Origin: a virus
Taxonomy: Duplodnaviria > Caudoviricetes
IMG/VR virus record: IMGVR_UViG_3300009514_000035
Span: 1 to 52,571 of that record
Strand: one strand, 5' to 3'
DNA length: 52,571 bases
Below the pieces are notes generated by a model, which saw only the letters and a program-made list of their open reading frames with translations, did no database searches and was not told where the DNA came from. The translations under genes were made by a program, and so were the position numbers. Of this stretch, positions 1-8,718 are shown one piece after another (the stretch's first letter is position 1; every line of letters begins with the position of its first letter).

Positions 1-2
1 AC

Positions 3-365
3 TCGCAGGTGTTGGTCGGTTTTATTCAGGGTGATATCGATGAGCCGTATTGCATGTTCGGTCCTCCAGCGCTCAACGAGACACCTGCTGTAGTAGCCGA
101 GAAAACCACTGCGACGACACGCGGCGACATTGCAGCTTTCGAGACGGACACGTTTGAGGTGTTCATCGTCGACACTGCCACTGAAAAGAAACTGATGTTG
201 CGGACCAAAGACCAGGAGAACGTTGTTGAGATTGACGCCATAGATCATTCAGTGCTTTTGCGGGCGGCGAATGCAGTGATAATCGAGGGAGGTCTTGTGC
301 ACATTGACGCGGCACGGGTGCAGATTAAGGGTCGACCGGTCACCCCCACTGGGGCCCCCATCTAG
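3..365 (+). CDS. Baseplate spike / gpV-gp5-like protein, 5'-truncated by the window edge
   Basis: Frame is open from the window start. SQVLVGFIQGDIDEPY matches the OB-fold motif of gpV/gp5/VgrG spikes and is followed by beta-strand repeats. Lies upstream of gp25 and baseplate J. Confidence 0.7.
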   Translation, partial: SQVLVGFIQGDIDEPYCMFGPPALNETPAVVAEKTTATTRGDIAAFETDTFEVFIVDTATEKKLMLRTKDQENVVEIDAIDHSVLLRAANAVIIEGGLVHIDAARVQIKGRPVTPTGAPI

Positions 366-374
366 GAGACACGC

Positions 375-1052
375 ATGGCTGCACCAACAAGAACCACTGG
401 TCTGCCGAGCCTTGAAGGATTCGACCCCGTCAAGTTGGCGGACGACCACACGTACGCGTCAAGAATCGCAAGCGAGCGTCTGGCTACTTTCTGGGTGGAA
501 TACCCTGGCGAGTATGAAGGCTTGAACAAAGAGCTTCGCGTGCTGGTCAATCCGGAGAGTTACAGTACAAGTGTCGCGCCGAATTACTCTCGTCGCGCAG
601 TGTTGGGGTTATCGCACGACGTGGTGCAGTACATCCGCACGGGTTCCAGAGAGATCGATTTAGAGCTTTGGGTGTCTTGGCAAATCTTTTTGCAGAAGCA
701 ATGGATCAGCTCGTCGACCAACCCACTGCAATACCGAAACTCATTCGAGGCGCTTGTCATGCCGACAGCGCCAGGGCTTGCACCTCCGCGAGTGTACTTC
801 CATTGGCCAGGTGCACATCTAGACTTCTATGGTGTGGTGGACTCTTTGAGCATGGAGTTTGAGAGTTTCTCGTCACGCGGAGACCCGCTGTCTTACACCA
901 TCAATATTGGCTTGCTCGAGACGCCTATCGGCTTCATGGGCTCGCCGGCCGTGCACGAGCATGGTATCGGGGTCACCGCAGCCCGTCCGCCCTCTGGTGG
1001 ACCACCGATGGGTGACTTTCCTGTAATCAAGTCCAAGACTCAAGTTGCGTAG
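375..1052 (+). CDS. Contractile-tail tube-initiator-like protein (CIS tube / P2 GpU-like)
   Basis: Pattern NPESY...VLGLSHDVVQY..TGSREIDLEL and PPRVYFHW...F.GVVDSLSMEFESF...GDP is typical of this family. AGGAG RBS; baseplate context. Confidence 0.7.
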   Translation: MAAPTRTTGLPSLEGFDPVKLADDHTYASRIASERLATFWVEYPGEYEGLNKELRVLVNPESYSTSVAPNYSRRAVLGLSHDVVQYIRTGSREIDLELWVSWQIFLQKQWISSSTNPLQYRNSFEALVMPTAPGLAPPRVYFHWPGAHLDFYGVVDSLSMEFESFSSRGDPLSYTINIGLLETPIGFMGSPAVHEHGIGVTAARPPSGGPPMGDFPVIKSKTQVA

Positions 1053-1067
1053 CGCAAGGTATAGAAC

Positions 1068-1901
1068 GTGGCAACAGTTGTCTGCATAGAGATTCCTGAA
1101 ATCCCCAACAAGCTGAGCATCACCATGCCAGGAGTTGGAGAGCTTCAGTACTTGAAGGATTCGATCGATAAGATTCCGAGGCCGTCCACCTACGTTCTGA
1201 AGATGCTGAATGGCATCTCACCGGCACTCGCACCGATTTACACCATCCTCAAGATCCTTGACGTCATCTTGGCGTTGGTCAACTGCATCAACGCGATTCC
1301 AAAGTCTCTGCCGTTCAATCCGCAACCGATCATTGACTGCATCCAAAAGTTGATCGAGGCCTTCGCTGCTCTGCTGCCCCTGCTCCCGCCGTTCGTGTAT
1401 ATTCGTTTGGTCGTGGACATCGCCGTGGCGATTCGTTTGTTGATCGACGACCTGATTTCAGTGCTCGACGTCATTGACCAACAAATCACGCAGGTGAAGA
1501 ATCTGATCAACAAGGCGTTGGATTTCGACAACACCGCCATGCTGCAGATCGGAAACTGCGCACGCACGGACATTCAACGCAGCACTGCAGGCCTGCAGCA
1601 AATAATGGAGGCGATGGCCAAGGTGATGGGCATCATCATGGGCATCATGGAGCTCATGACGGCCGTGTTGCCGGGTCCGGCAGCCGACAAGATTCAGAAG
1701 ACCATCGATGACATTAACACTTTCAATGCCGCAGTGACTGCACTAGACCCAGCCGCCGACTACCCGCCGCTGCAGCAAATGTATGATGCGTTGGCCGCAG
1801 CACGTAAGCCTATGGTCTTTGTTGAAGAGTTCGGCAAAGCACTGCTAGGTATTCCGTTCACTTTCACGGCGCCTGTGGTGCCGTCGTACGACAATCCGTA
1901 G
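1068..1901 (+). CDS. Hypothetical alpha-helical, hydrophobic protein in the baseplate module
   Basis: 277-aa ORF tightly packed in the operon, GTG start after AAGGT, long Ile/Leu/Pro-rich amphipathic segments. Confidence 0.6.
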   Translation: MATVVCIEIPEIPNKLSITMPGVGELQYLKDSIDKIPRPSTYVLKMLNGISPALAPIYTILKILDVILALVNCINAIPKSLPFNPQPIIDCIQKLIEAFAALLPLLPPFVYIRLVVDIAVAIRLLIDDLISVLDVIDQQITQVKNLINKALDFDNTAMLQIGNCARTDIQRSTAGLQQIMEAMAKVMGIIMGIMELMTAVLPGPAADKIQKTIDDINTFNAAVTALDPAADYPPLQQMYDALAAARKPMVFVEEFGKALLGIPFTFTAPVVPSYDNP

Positions 1902-1909
1902 GGCATCTC

Positions 1910-2323
1910 ATGGCTGACAGGACATTCAACTACAAGAGAGACGTTCTGGGCTACGGCTTGCTAGCGCCTCTTCGTCGTTTGGCCGGCAGTGACTTCGCCG
2001 CTGGCTATGGAGAGAAGCTCGTCGAGGCGGCCGTGCGACAGATCCTCGGCACACGGCAGGGAGAGTTGCCTTGGCGTCCCGACTTCGGCCACAACCTCGA
2101 TCGGTATCGACACAAGAATCTATCCACTGTAGCCACGGCAGCTATGCGCAGTCACGTGCAGCGCCTGCTTACGATTTACGAGCCGCGCCTGTCCATTGTC
2201 AATGCGACTGTGCGCAGCGAAGACAACAAGGCGTTCATCACTGTCGGATGGACTGTGCGTTCAGCTCCGACCCCCTACAGTGACGTCATTCTCGGACCAG
2301 TGACTCAAGAGGTTGTGATCTAA
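1910..2323 (+). CDS. Baseplate wedge subunit, gp25/GpW-like
   Basis: QILGTRQGELPWRPDFG and YEPRL motifs; directly upstream of baseplate J. Confidence 0.9.
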   Translation: MADRTFNYKRDVLGYGLLAPLRRLAGSDFAAGYGEKLVEAAVRQILGTRQGELPWRPDFGHNLDRYRHKNLSTVATAAMRSHVQRLLTIYEPRLSIVNATVRSEDNKAFITVGWTVRSAPTPYSDVILGPVTQEVVI

Positions 2324-3858
2324 TGCCCATTCTAAAACTAGATTTGGACTACTCGCCCCGCGACTTCGATAGCATCCGCTTTCGACTGCAAGACTTGATT
2401 CGCTACGTCTACCCGGACTGGACCGACTTCAACATCGCCAACCTGGGTAACATCTTGTTGGAGCTCTTCGCGTACGTCGGCGACGTTCTGCACTTCTATC
2501 AAGACAACCAAGCTGCCGAGGCGTTTTGGCCGACGCTCACGCAACGCATTTCAGCAATCAAGCTTGGGCGTCTGATCGGCTTCACGCTTACTGGAGCGTC
2601 AAGGGCGACCGGCACTGTCAGGTTTTCTCTGGCATCAGTCGCGACTGACAAAGTGATCATTCCACTTGGGACTCGGCTGGCGACGTCGGACCCGGAGACA
2701 CCAATCTACTTCCGCACCACAGCCTATGCGGAACTTTTGGTCGGCACGACGTTCATCGACGTGCCTGTCGAACAGGCAGAAGCCATCACAGGCTCCAGCT
2801 TCGCCTCTAACGACGAGCCCAATCAAGAGTTCGTGCTGACCCGTACACCGTACTTGGACAATTCAGCGACCGTCACAGCGGCGAACGGCGCCTACACAGA
2901 GGTCGACTCGTTCTTGGGCTCTGGCCCCACCAGCCGAGTGTACGTTGTGCTCGTTGACCAACTAGACCAGGCGCACATCCGCTTCGGTAACGGTGTGACT
3001 GGCAACATCCCCAGTGGTCAAATCGACGTCGACCACAAGATTGGTGGCGGCTCGGACGGTAACGTCGAGGTCGGCAAGATCAACGTCATGCTAGAGACGG
3101 TCGCCTACCAAGGTGGAGGCACGGCTCCTGTCACAGTGACCAATCAGACAGCAACGAGTGGCGGTGAGCCACGCATGACACTCGACGAGGCCCGTGCACA
3201 GGCTCCAGCGTCGTTGAAAGTGCTCACTAGGACAGTCACCCGTGAGGACTTCGAGACGGTCGCCACGGGGATTCCTGGCGTCGCACGTGCTCTCATGGTC
3301 ACCGCTAACGAGTATGCAGGTCTCGCCGAGAACTACGGCGAGCTCTATGTTGTAGCTCAAGGCGTAAAACTGGCTTCGGGGCGCATCGAGCCTGCGGCTC
3401 CTTCTAGTACAATGCTGGCGGACATACGCACAGAGATTGACACCAACAAGCCGCCTACGATCACGTTCACCTACCAAGAAAAGGCGGCAGTGTTCAAGGA
3501 CATTGCAGTGTCAATGCGAGTCTACCTGAAACAAGGCGCTGACGGTGCAATTGTAGGTGCCGCCATACGAGAAGCTCTGAAGGATTTTTTTGCTGCGCAA
3601 CTGTCCAATGGCCTGGCGAACTCGGCCATCGACTTCGGTGCGAATCTGAAAGATTCCACTGGCACTATCGTAGGAGAAATCGCCTGGAGCGACGTCTTCA
3701 ACGCCGCCCGCGACGTGGAAAATGTGCGCAAGATAGACGAAGGTGTATCCGGTGTTTTGTTGAACGGCAGGCGGGAATCTGTGACGTTGTTGCCAATTGA
3801 ATTTCCTCGTCTGTCGACTGTGACTATCATTGACGTCGACACCGGCGCGAGCTTGTAG
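2323..3858 (+). CDS. Baseplate J / gp6-like wedge protein
   Basis: LDYSPRDFDSI, PDWTDFN..NLG..LLELFAYVGDVLHFYQD, IRFGNGVTG.IP and RTVTREDFE motifs; TAATG coupling to gp25. Confidence 0.92.
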   Translation: MPILKLDLDYSPRDFDSIRFRLQDLIRYVYPDWTDFNIANLGNILLELFAYVGDVLHFYQDNQAAEAFWPTLTQRISAIKLGRLIGFTLTGASRATGTVRFSLASVATDKVIIPLGTRLATSDPETPIYFRTTAYAELLVGTTFIDVPVEQAEAITGSSFASNDEPNQEFVLTRTPYLDNSATVTAANGAYTEVDSFLGSGPTSRVYVVLVDQLDQAHIRFGNGVTGNIPSGQIDVDHKIGGGSDGNVEVGKINVMLETVAYQGGGTAPVTVTNQTATSGGEPRMTLDEARAQAPASLKVLTRTVTREDFETVATGIPGVARALMVTANEYAGLAENYGELYVVAQGVKLASGRIEPAAPSSTMLADIRTEIDTNKPPTITFTYQEKAAVFKDIAVSMRVYLKQGADGAIVGAAIREALKDFFAAQLSNGLANSAIDFGANLKDSTGTIVGEIAWSDVFNAARDVENVRKIDEGVSGVLLNGRRESVTLLPIEFPRLSTVTIIDVDTGASL

Positions 3859-3867
3859 GAGATCAGC

Positions 3868-5139
3868 ATGACCTGGGGTACAGCAATATGGGGGACGGGC
3901 CTTTGGGGTGGCGCGCCGCTGGCCGCGTCGACCAACCTGTCGTTCGAAATTGCCGAGGCCACGGAGCAAGGTCAGGCTCACTCGTGGGATGTGCAATCCG
4001 ATACAGGCATCGTCGGTCGCGGCCTATTCGATGGCGATATTGGCCTGCACACGTGGCAATCAGCTGCCGACTTCGAGCAGTTGTGGCGTCTGCCTTATGT
4101 GGTGCACGAGACTCCAGACTTGGTCAACACTGCCAGCGTGATCAACGCCAGCGATTTGGCTAGTGCCATCTTGCTCGCGAACCATATCAAGTTGCAGTAC
4201 AACAAGCATCGAGGTCTCGGTGGACCGATCCACTTGGTGCCGGACATCACCAACCTCGTTACGACCGAAGATGCGTCTGATTCTGCGACGACCATTGCGC
4301 TGGTTAATGCCATTAGGATTGCGCTCAACGCGCACGTGGCCGAGTGGACGACAATTCACCGCAGGGAAGACGTGTTGGCTGAAGTCACCACAGATCCGGC
4401 ATCAGACACGGCGACAGCAATCACTCTCATCAACGCGATAAAGTACGCCTACAATGGCCATCTGCTTCGTCAGGGCTTCGGCACCACGAACAGTGACGCC
4501 AAGTTTGAGTACGCGTCTGCAGACCTCGACGCGGCGATTTTCTCGTTCGGCGGTCTAGCTGTAGAAAATTTCGAGGCGCATTGGTCCATACCCGACATGT
4601 TCCCGGTGTCCGACGATCAATCCGTCATGGTCTCCACCGACGCTGAGCCATCTTTCGCCCCCTCGCACGTCATTGACGTCTTTCTTGGCTCTGCGAGCGG
4701 CGTGCAGCCAGTCTCGGTGCGCTCTGGCTTCAATGTCTCCTGGCCCGACGGTCACGTGCAGTTTCTAAACGACTTCAACATGGTCGATAGTCAACCTGCA
4801 TTTCCGCCGGAAGGCGAGACGTTTGACGCGGACTGGTTCCTTCCCGGCTCTGTAGGTACATACCCGAACGATACTTTCCTGTTCAACTACTACGATGCCG
4901 TCACAGACACTTGGGGCTTCGGTGTCGCCGATCTGGTGACGGGCTTCTTCGCCTCAGGGGAGTCCACCGAGGACTTCGAAGACAGTTGGACAGGTCAGAC
5001 CTACTCCGCAAAATTCTGGTCCGGAACAGAATGGAGATTTCTGCCCGGAGAAGGGGTGCATTTGGAGTATGGATACATGGACTCCGGTTACACCTACGAT
5101 TCATTTGACCCGTCCGATTGGACGCTGACACTAACGTAA
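3868..5139 (+). CDS. Putative virion structural protein with three 42-aa His/Asp repeats
   Basis: Operon position, N-terminal WG repeats (WGTAIWGTGLWGG), internal repeats, recurring E.F(E/D)..W motifs. Confidence 0.6.
   Translation: MTWGTAIWGTGLWGGAPLAASTNLSFEIAEATEQGQAHSWDVQSDTGIVGRGLFDGDIGLHTWQSAADFEQLWRLPYVVHETPDLVNTASVINASDLASAILLANHIKLQYNKHRGLGGPIHLVPDITNLVTTEDASDSATTIALVNAIRIALNAHVAEWTTIHRREDVLAEVTTDPASDTATAITLINAIKYAYNGHLLRQGFGTTNSDAKFEYASADLDAAIFSFGGLAVENFEAHWSIPDMFPVSDDQSVMVSTDAEPSFAPSHVIDVFLGSASGVQPVSVRSGFNVSWPDGHVQFLNDFNMVDSQPAFPPEGETFDADWFLPGSVGTYPNDTFLFNYYDAVTDTWGFGVADLVTGFFASGESTEDFEDSWTGQTYSAKFWSGTEWRFLPGEGVHLEYGYMDSGYTYDSFDPSDWTLTLT
4105..4461 (+). repeat. Three degenerate tandem protein-level repeats with an exact 126-nt (42-aa) period
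   Basis: His codons at 4105, 4231 and 4357; ASD motifs at 4147, 4273 and 4399; consensus H-x3-D...ASD..(S/T).I.L.N.I+...N.H. Confidence 0.8.
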
Positions 5140-5149
5140 GAGAGACATC

Positions 5150-5854
5150 ATGGCAGAAACTGATTTTGGGTTATTTGGCGCACAAGCAGGCAGCATTAAG
5201 CGCGGCGTCACTGCGGGATTCGACGCACCTAACGGTGGCGGGAACTACGTGGTCGGCTTCCACTCGGCAGTCACGACAGCAGAGGCCATGGGCTTTTACT
5301 ATAGTGGCACCAACTTCTCCCCACTGCGAGATGACGCCAACAATGCCACTGGTTGTTCGATTCGTGCGGCAATGAAGCGCGGCCCTGCATCGAACCCTCT
5401 CGGGTTCTCTGTGGCGTTATTCGCTTGCCTGCAGGCCGCGTCGGAGACGGCGTACGGTTACTTGCTGGGGTTGTCCAACAATGACCCTCATCGCATCTTG
5501 CTCGCCAAGACGACGCCTGCCGCAGGCTTGGACCCGAATGCGTCGGCAACAATTCTTGCGACGTCGTCGGCGACATTCCTTATCGACACGTGGCATCACT
5601 TGAAACTGGACGTTATCGTGAACCCCAACGGCGACACGGTGCTGAAGTGCTTCTCCAACGACCTCGGCACCAACCCGGTCAACGGCCCGGTTTGGGTTCA
5701 GGTGGCAGGCATGAACGACGTGATCGACGACGCCCTCGGCATCACATCGTCAAGTAATCCACTGGCCGGCGGCTACGCTGGCTTCTGTTTTGAATCATCT
5801 GAATCCGGCGCATACGCGTTTGTGGACCACTTCGAGATCGATCGCCAGAAGTAG
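5150..5854 (+). CDS. Putative tail/baseplate structural protein (beta-sandwich)
   Basis: 234-aa beta-rich ORF in the tail operon; DTWHHLKLDV resembles lectin-fold strands. Confidence 0.55.
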   Translation: MAETDFGLFGAQAGSIKRGVTAGFDAPNGGGNYVVGFHSAVTTAEAMGFYYSGTNFSPLRDDANNATGCSIRAAMKRGPASNPLGFSVALFACLQAASETAYGYLLGLSNNDPHRILLAKTTPAAGLDPNASATILATSSATFLIDTWHHLKLDVIVNPNGDTVLKCFSNDLGTNPVNGPVWVQVAGMNDVIDDALGITSSSNPLAGGYAGFCFESSESGAYAFVDHFEIDRQK

Positions 5855-5863
5855 AGTACGACG

Positions 5864-7738
5864 ATGCCAAACCCAAAATGGAGTGACAGTACAACCGACG
5901 CCGACGGTAATGTGCACCTGGGCAGTCTGCTGGTGTCAGACGTCAGCGTCATCGCGTCCGCCGTAGGCAGCTTCGGTGACCCCGTGCCTAATGGCCATTG
6001 GGGTGCAGCTGCAGATGGCATCTTCTACGCGGATGGCATTGCATGCGGGCCTGGCACATTCGATGAGGGAGTCGCCCTCAACACCAAAGCGTACCGCTTC
6101 CACAACCTCGATCCGATGGCACTCGGCTCGTCAGGGCATTCGATCACCCGACAGTCTGCCGACACCCTGCGTCTTGCAAGCTCAGGCGGTCTCACCGGTG
6201 AGCTCGTCAACATGCAATCGCGCCACAAGTGGTACCTACAGGGTGACTTCGATGTCTCCGTTGACTTCGCTCTGTGGGCGTACACGCCAGGAGGTGGCGG
6301 AACGCTGGCCGACTTCGTGCTGGAAGCACGCTCTACGACAAACCCCGTCAATTCTACGGCTGTCGCGCGCCGTGAACGCGCAGGCATAGACGGCTTCATC
6401 CGCTGGTCCTTTGACGCCGGCTCGCCACAAAACAGCTTAGAGCAGTTCCCAGCGTCCGCTGCGTCCGGTTCGCTGCGCATCGCTCGAGTCGGCACAACGC
6501 TGTTCCACTACTATGACATCGGTGGTGGATGGGTTGCCGTCGGCACGCCATTCAGCTCTGCAGCGAATATCGTCGACAATGACTGCTACATCTCGATGTA
6601 CATCACAGGGCTGGCCGGTGCCGATGTGACAGTCGACATCAGCAACTTCACCATTCTGTCCGGGTCAACAACCAACACGGCAGGCTGGTCACGTGAAACG
6701 TTCCATGCCCATCGCGGCAACGCAGGTGCCATGCCCGCAGAGTTGGCTGTAGCGTGCACGTTGGACTCTGTCGACATGATCGACACAGACACCGAACTCC
6801 TCTGGCAGCGATTTGTTACCGGCGCAGATACGGCCCTAGACACTGGAGACGAAAGAGCGATACGGACGGCGTGGAACAACGGACGAATGTTGATAGCTAA
6901 TGGCACATCCCCGCCCGACGCAGACGCCTTTGGAGGCGTCCTCGTTGATTACGTGCTTGATGACATTCTCCTACATGAGTCTGGAGGAGGCAAGGACTTT
7001 GTTGCAGCCCGCATCGAGGCCTTTGGGGCCATTGCGTACAGAAATGCCGGCACTATCGCCGGGGCGTACACCTCGGGGCCCACATCCAGGTCGATTCCGG
7101 ACAACAGAGTGCGCGATGTTGCCTTTTACCAAGACGGCACTATGGAGTATCGAGCGTTTGCGACAAGCAGCGGTATCGGCGTCTATGAGGAAAAACGCTT
7201 GTACGAGCTTGTCACGCGAGACTCAGGCTCGAGTACGGCATCGACGGTGATGCAGTACTGCTGGTTCGACCCGGCAGACGGCACACTGTACTTCATGGAC
7301 GACTCGACAATCTACTCGGCAGACGCAGCGACATGGCAAGCCTCCATTGGTGGTTCCAGCTTTGGCGCAGATGACAGTGAAGCGCTACCAGGCACCATGA
7401 ATGCGCCAGGCTTTTCGCAGTTTCGGCCTGTGATTCGATCTGGTGTCGTCTACGTTCCCACCAATGAGGGCATCTACAGCATGGCGTGGCCTGCCGGCTC
7501 GTTTTCCTTGCTCTACGGTGACAGCGCTTCTACGGCGGCCTACAAGGTCTTGCCGGACAACGACCGTGTGACTGCACTGGCACTGGGTTTTAGGGACTTG
7601 ATTCCTCATCTAGTGTGTGTCGTGAAATCGGGTTCGACATTTTCTGCTCTCGCCGTTAACTTGAACGACAACACGGCAACAAACGTGGAAGATGTCACGA
7701 CAAGCACCGTGACTGAGCCTGTGACTGTGAGCGACTAA
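5864..7738 (+). CDS. Putative tail-associated protein with ConA/LamG-like and beta-propeller-like regions
   Basis: LQGDFDVSVDF...GSLRIARVGTTLFHYY lectin-like segment; C-terminal propeller-like strands (VVYVPTNEGIYS, DNDRVTALAL). Confidence 0.55.
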   Translation: MPNPKWSDSTTDADGNVHLGSLLVSDVSVIASAVGSFGDPVPNGHWGAAADGIFYADGIACGPGTFDEGVALNTKAYRFHNLDPMALGSSGHSITRQSADTLRLASSGGLTGELVNMQSRHKWYLQGDFDVSVDFALWAYTPGGGGTLADFVLEARSTTNPVNSTAVARRERAGIDGFIRWSFDAGSPQNSLEQFPASAASGSLRIARVGTTLFHYYDIGGGWVAVGTPFSSAANIVDNDCYISMYITGLAGADVTVDISNFTILSGSTTNTAGWSRETFHAHRGNAGAMPAELAVACTLDSVDMIDTDTELLWQRFVTGADTALDTGDERAIRTAWNNGRMLIANGTSPPDADAFGGVLVDYVLDDILLHESGGGKDFVAARIEAFGAIAYRNAGTIAGAYTSGPTSRSIPDNRVRDVAFYQDGTMEYRAFATSSGIGVYEEKRLYELVTRDSGSSTASTVMQYCWFDPADGTLYFMDDSTIYSADAATWQASIGGSSFGADDSEALPGTMNAPGFSQFRPVIRSGVVYVPTNEGIYSMAWPAGSFSLLYGDSASTAAYKVLPDNDRVTALALGFRDLIPHLVCVVKSGSTFSALAVNLNDNTATNVEDVTTSTVTEPVTVSD

Positions 7739-8718
7739 TGCCCGAACACAACACATTCATCGCGGAGTACGGACAAAGTCAGGGGCGCATTCGGCCGACC
7801 AACTACTATCCGGCCGATGGCGAGTTCGTCTATGTTCTTGGATCTGAGCTCCTAGAGAGTCGCGATGTAGACCTCGGAGACTACGTTCGCATCTATCAGA
7901 CCATAGACCTGACAACGATTGATGTCGTCCGCATGGACACTAGCATCGTGCAACACGCGGGGATGCCTGTTGCGCGAGATATAGCCGCAGGTGCGACACT
8001 GAAGCGTGCTGAAGTTCTCGGTGCATTCAGCCCGTCCACCGAGACTACGCTGAAACAGCCGTTCAGTGTGGCCGCCAGTGCCGTTCTTCGTGTCGAAATT
8101 GACGGCGGAGGCAACCAAGACATCTCGTTTCCTGCAGGCCCGCCAGACCCACAGTCACTGACCGCACAAGAGGTGGTCAACGTCATCAACGGAACGCTGA
8201 CGGATGGTACGGCAACGCTGGGCGGCACAGCGGACGACCCAACCGTAGTCATCACGGCGACGTCGTCGGGGCGCAATGCGACTATCGAGGTCAAGTCGCA
8301 TGGCGGCACGGACGCAAATGACGGTCTGAGCTTCTTTCAAAAAGAGAATCATCCGACGTACGGCACTGCCATCTATGGTGGCGATGACCTTTCGGCGATT
8401 ATTGCACCGGCAGCCAACTTCACGGCGGCCGATGCGGGTCAGCTGATTGCCATCAATGCTGTTGCCAACAAAATCACGGCAATCGTCGACAGCCAAACTG
8501 CCATTCTGCAAGACGCCGTCACCACGACCCCCACTGGATTTACGGCAGTCATAGGCGGCGCTTTGTGGCGTGCCGCAATAGACATCGATGGCACAGAAGA
8601 GATTAGCAAACTCGTCGCGCGAGATCGCTCTATTCTGTCGAATGACATCGCCGTCAATGTGTCAAAGCTCACCAGCACACACGAAGTCGCCTTTCGCTGG
8701 CAACTAGAGGTCGCCTAA
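7738..8718 (+). CDS. Putative tail structural protein
   Basis: TAATG-coupled at both ends; shares the PF...L.V.IDGG..Q.I.F...TA.EV module with the next gene. Confidence 0.6.
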   Translation: MPEHNTFIAEYGQSQGRIRPTNYYPADGEFVYVLGSELLESRDVDLGDYVRIYQTIDLTTIDVVRMDTSIVQHAGMPVARDIAAGATLKRAEVLGAFSPSTETTLKQPFSVAASAVLRVEIDGGGNQDISFPAGPPDPQSLTAQEVVNVINGTLTDGTATLGGTADDPTVVITATSSGRNATIEVKSHGGTDANDGLSFFQKENHPTYGTAIYGGDDLSAIIAPAANFTAADAGQLIAINAVANKITAIVDSQTAILQDAVTTTPTGFTAVIGGALWRAAIDIDGTEEISKLVARDRSILSNDIAVNVSKLTSTHEVAFRWQLEVA

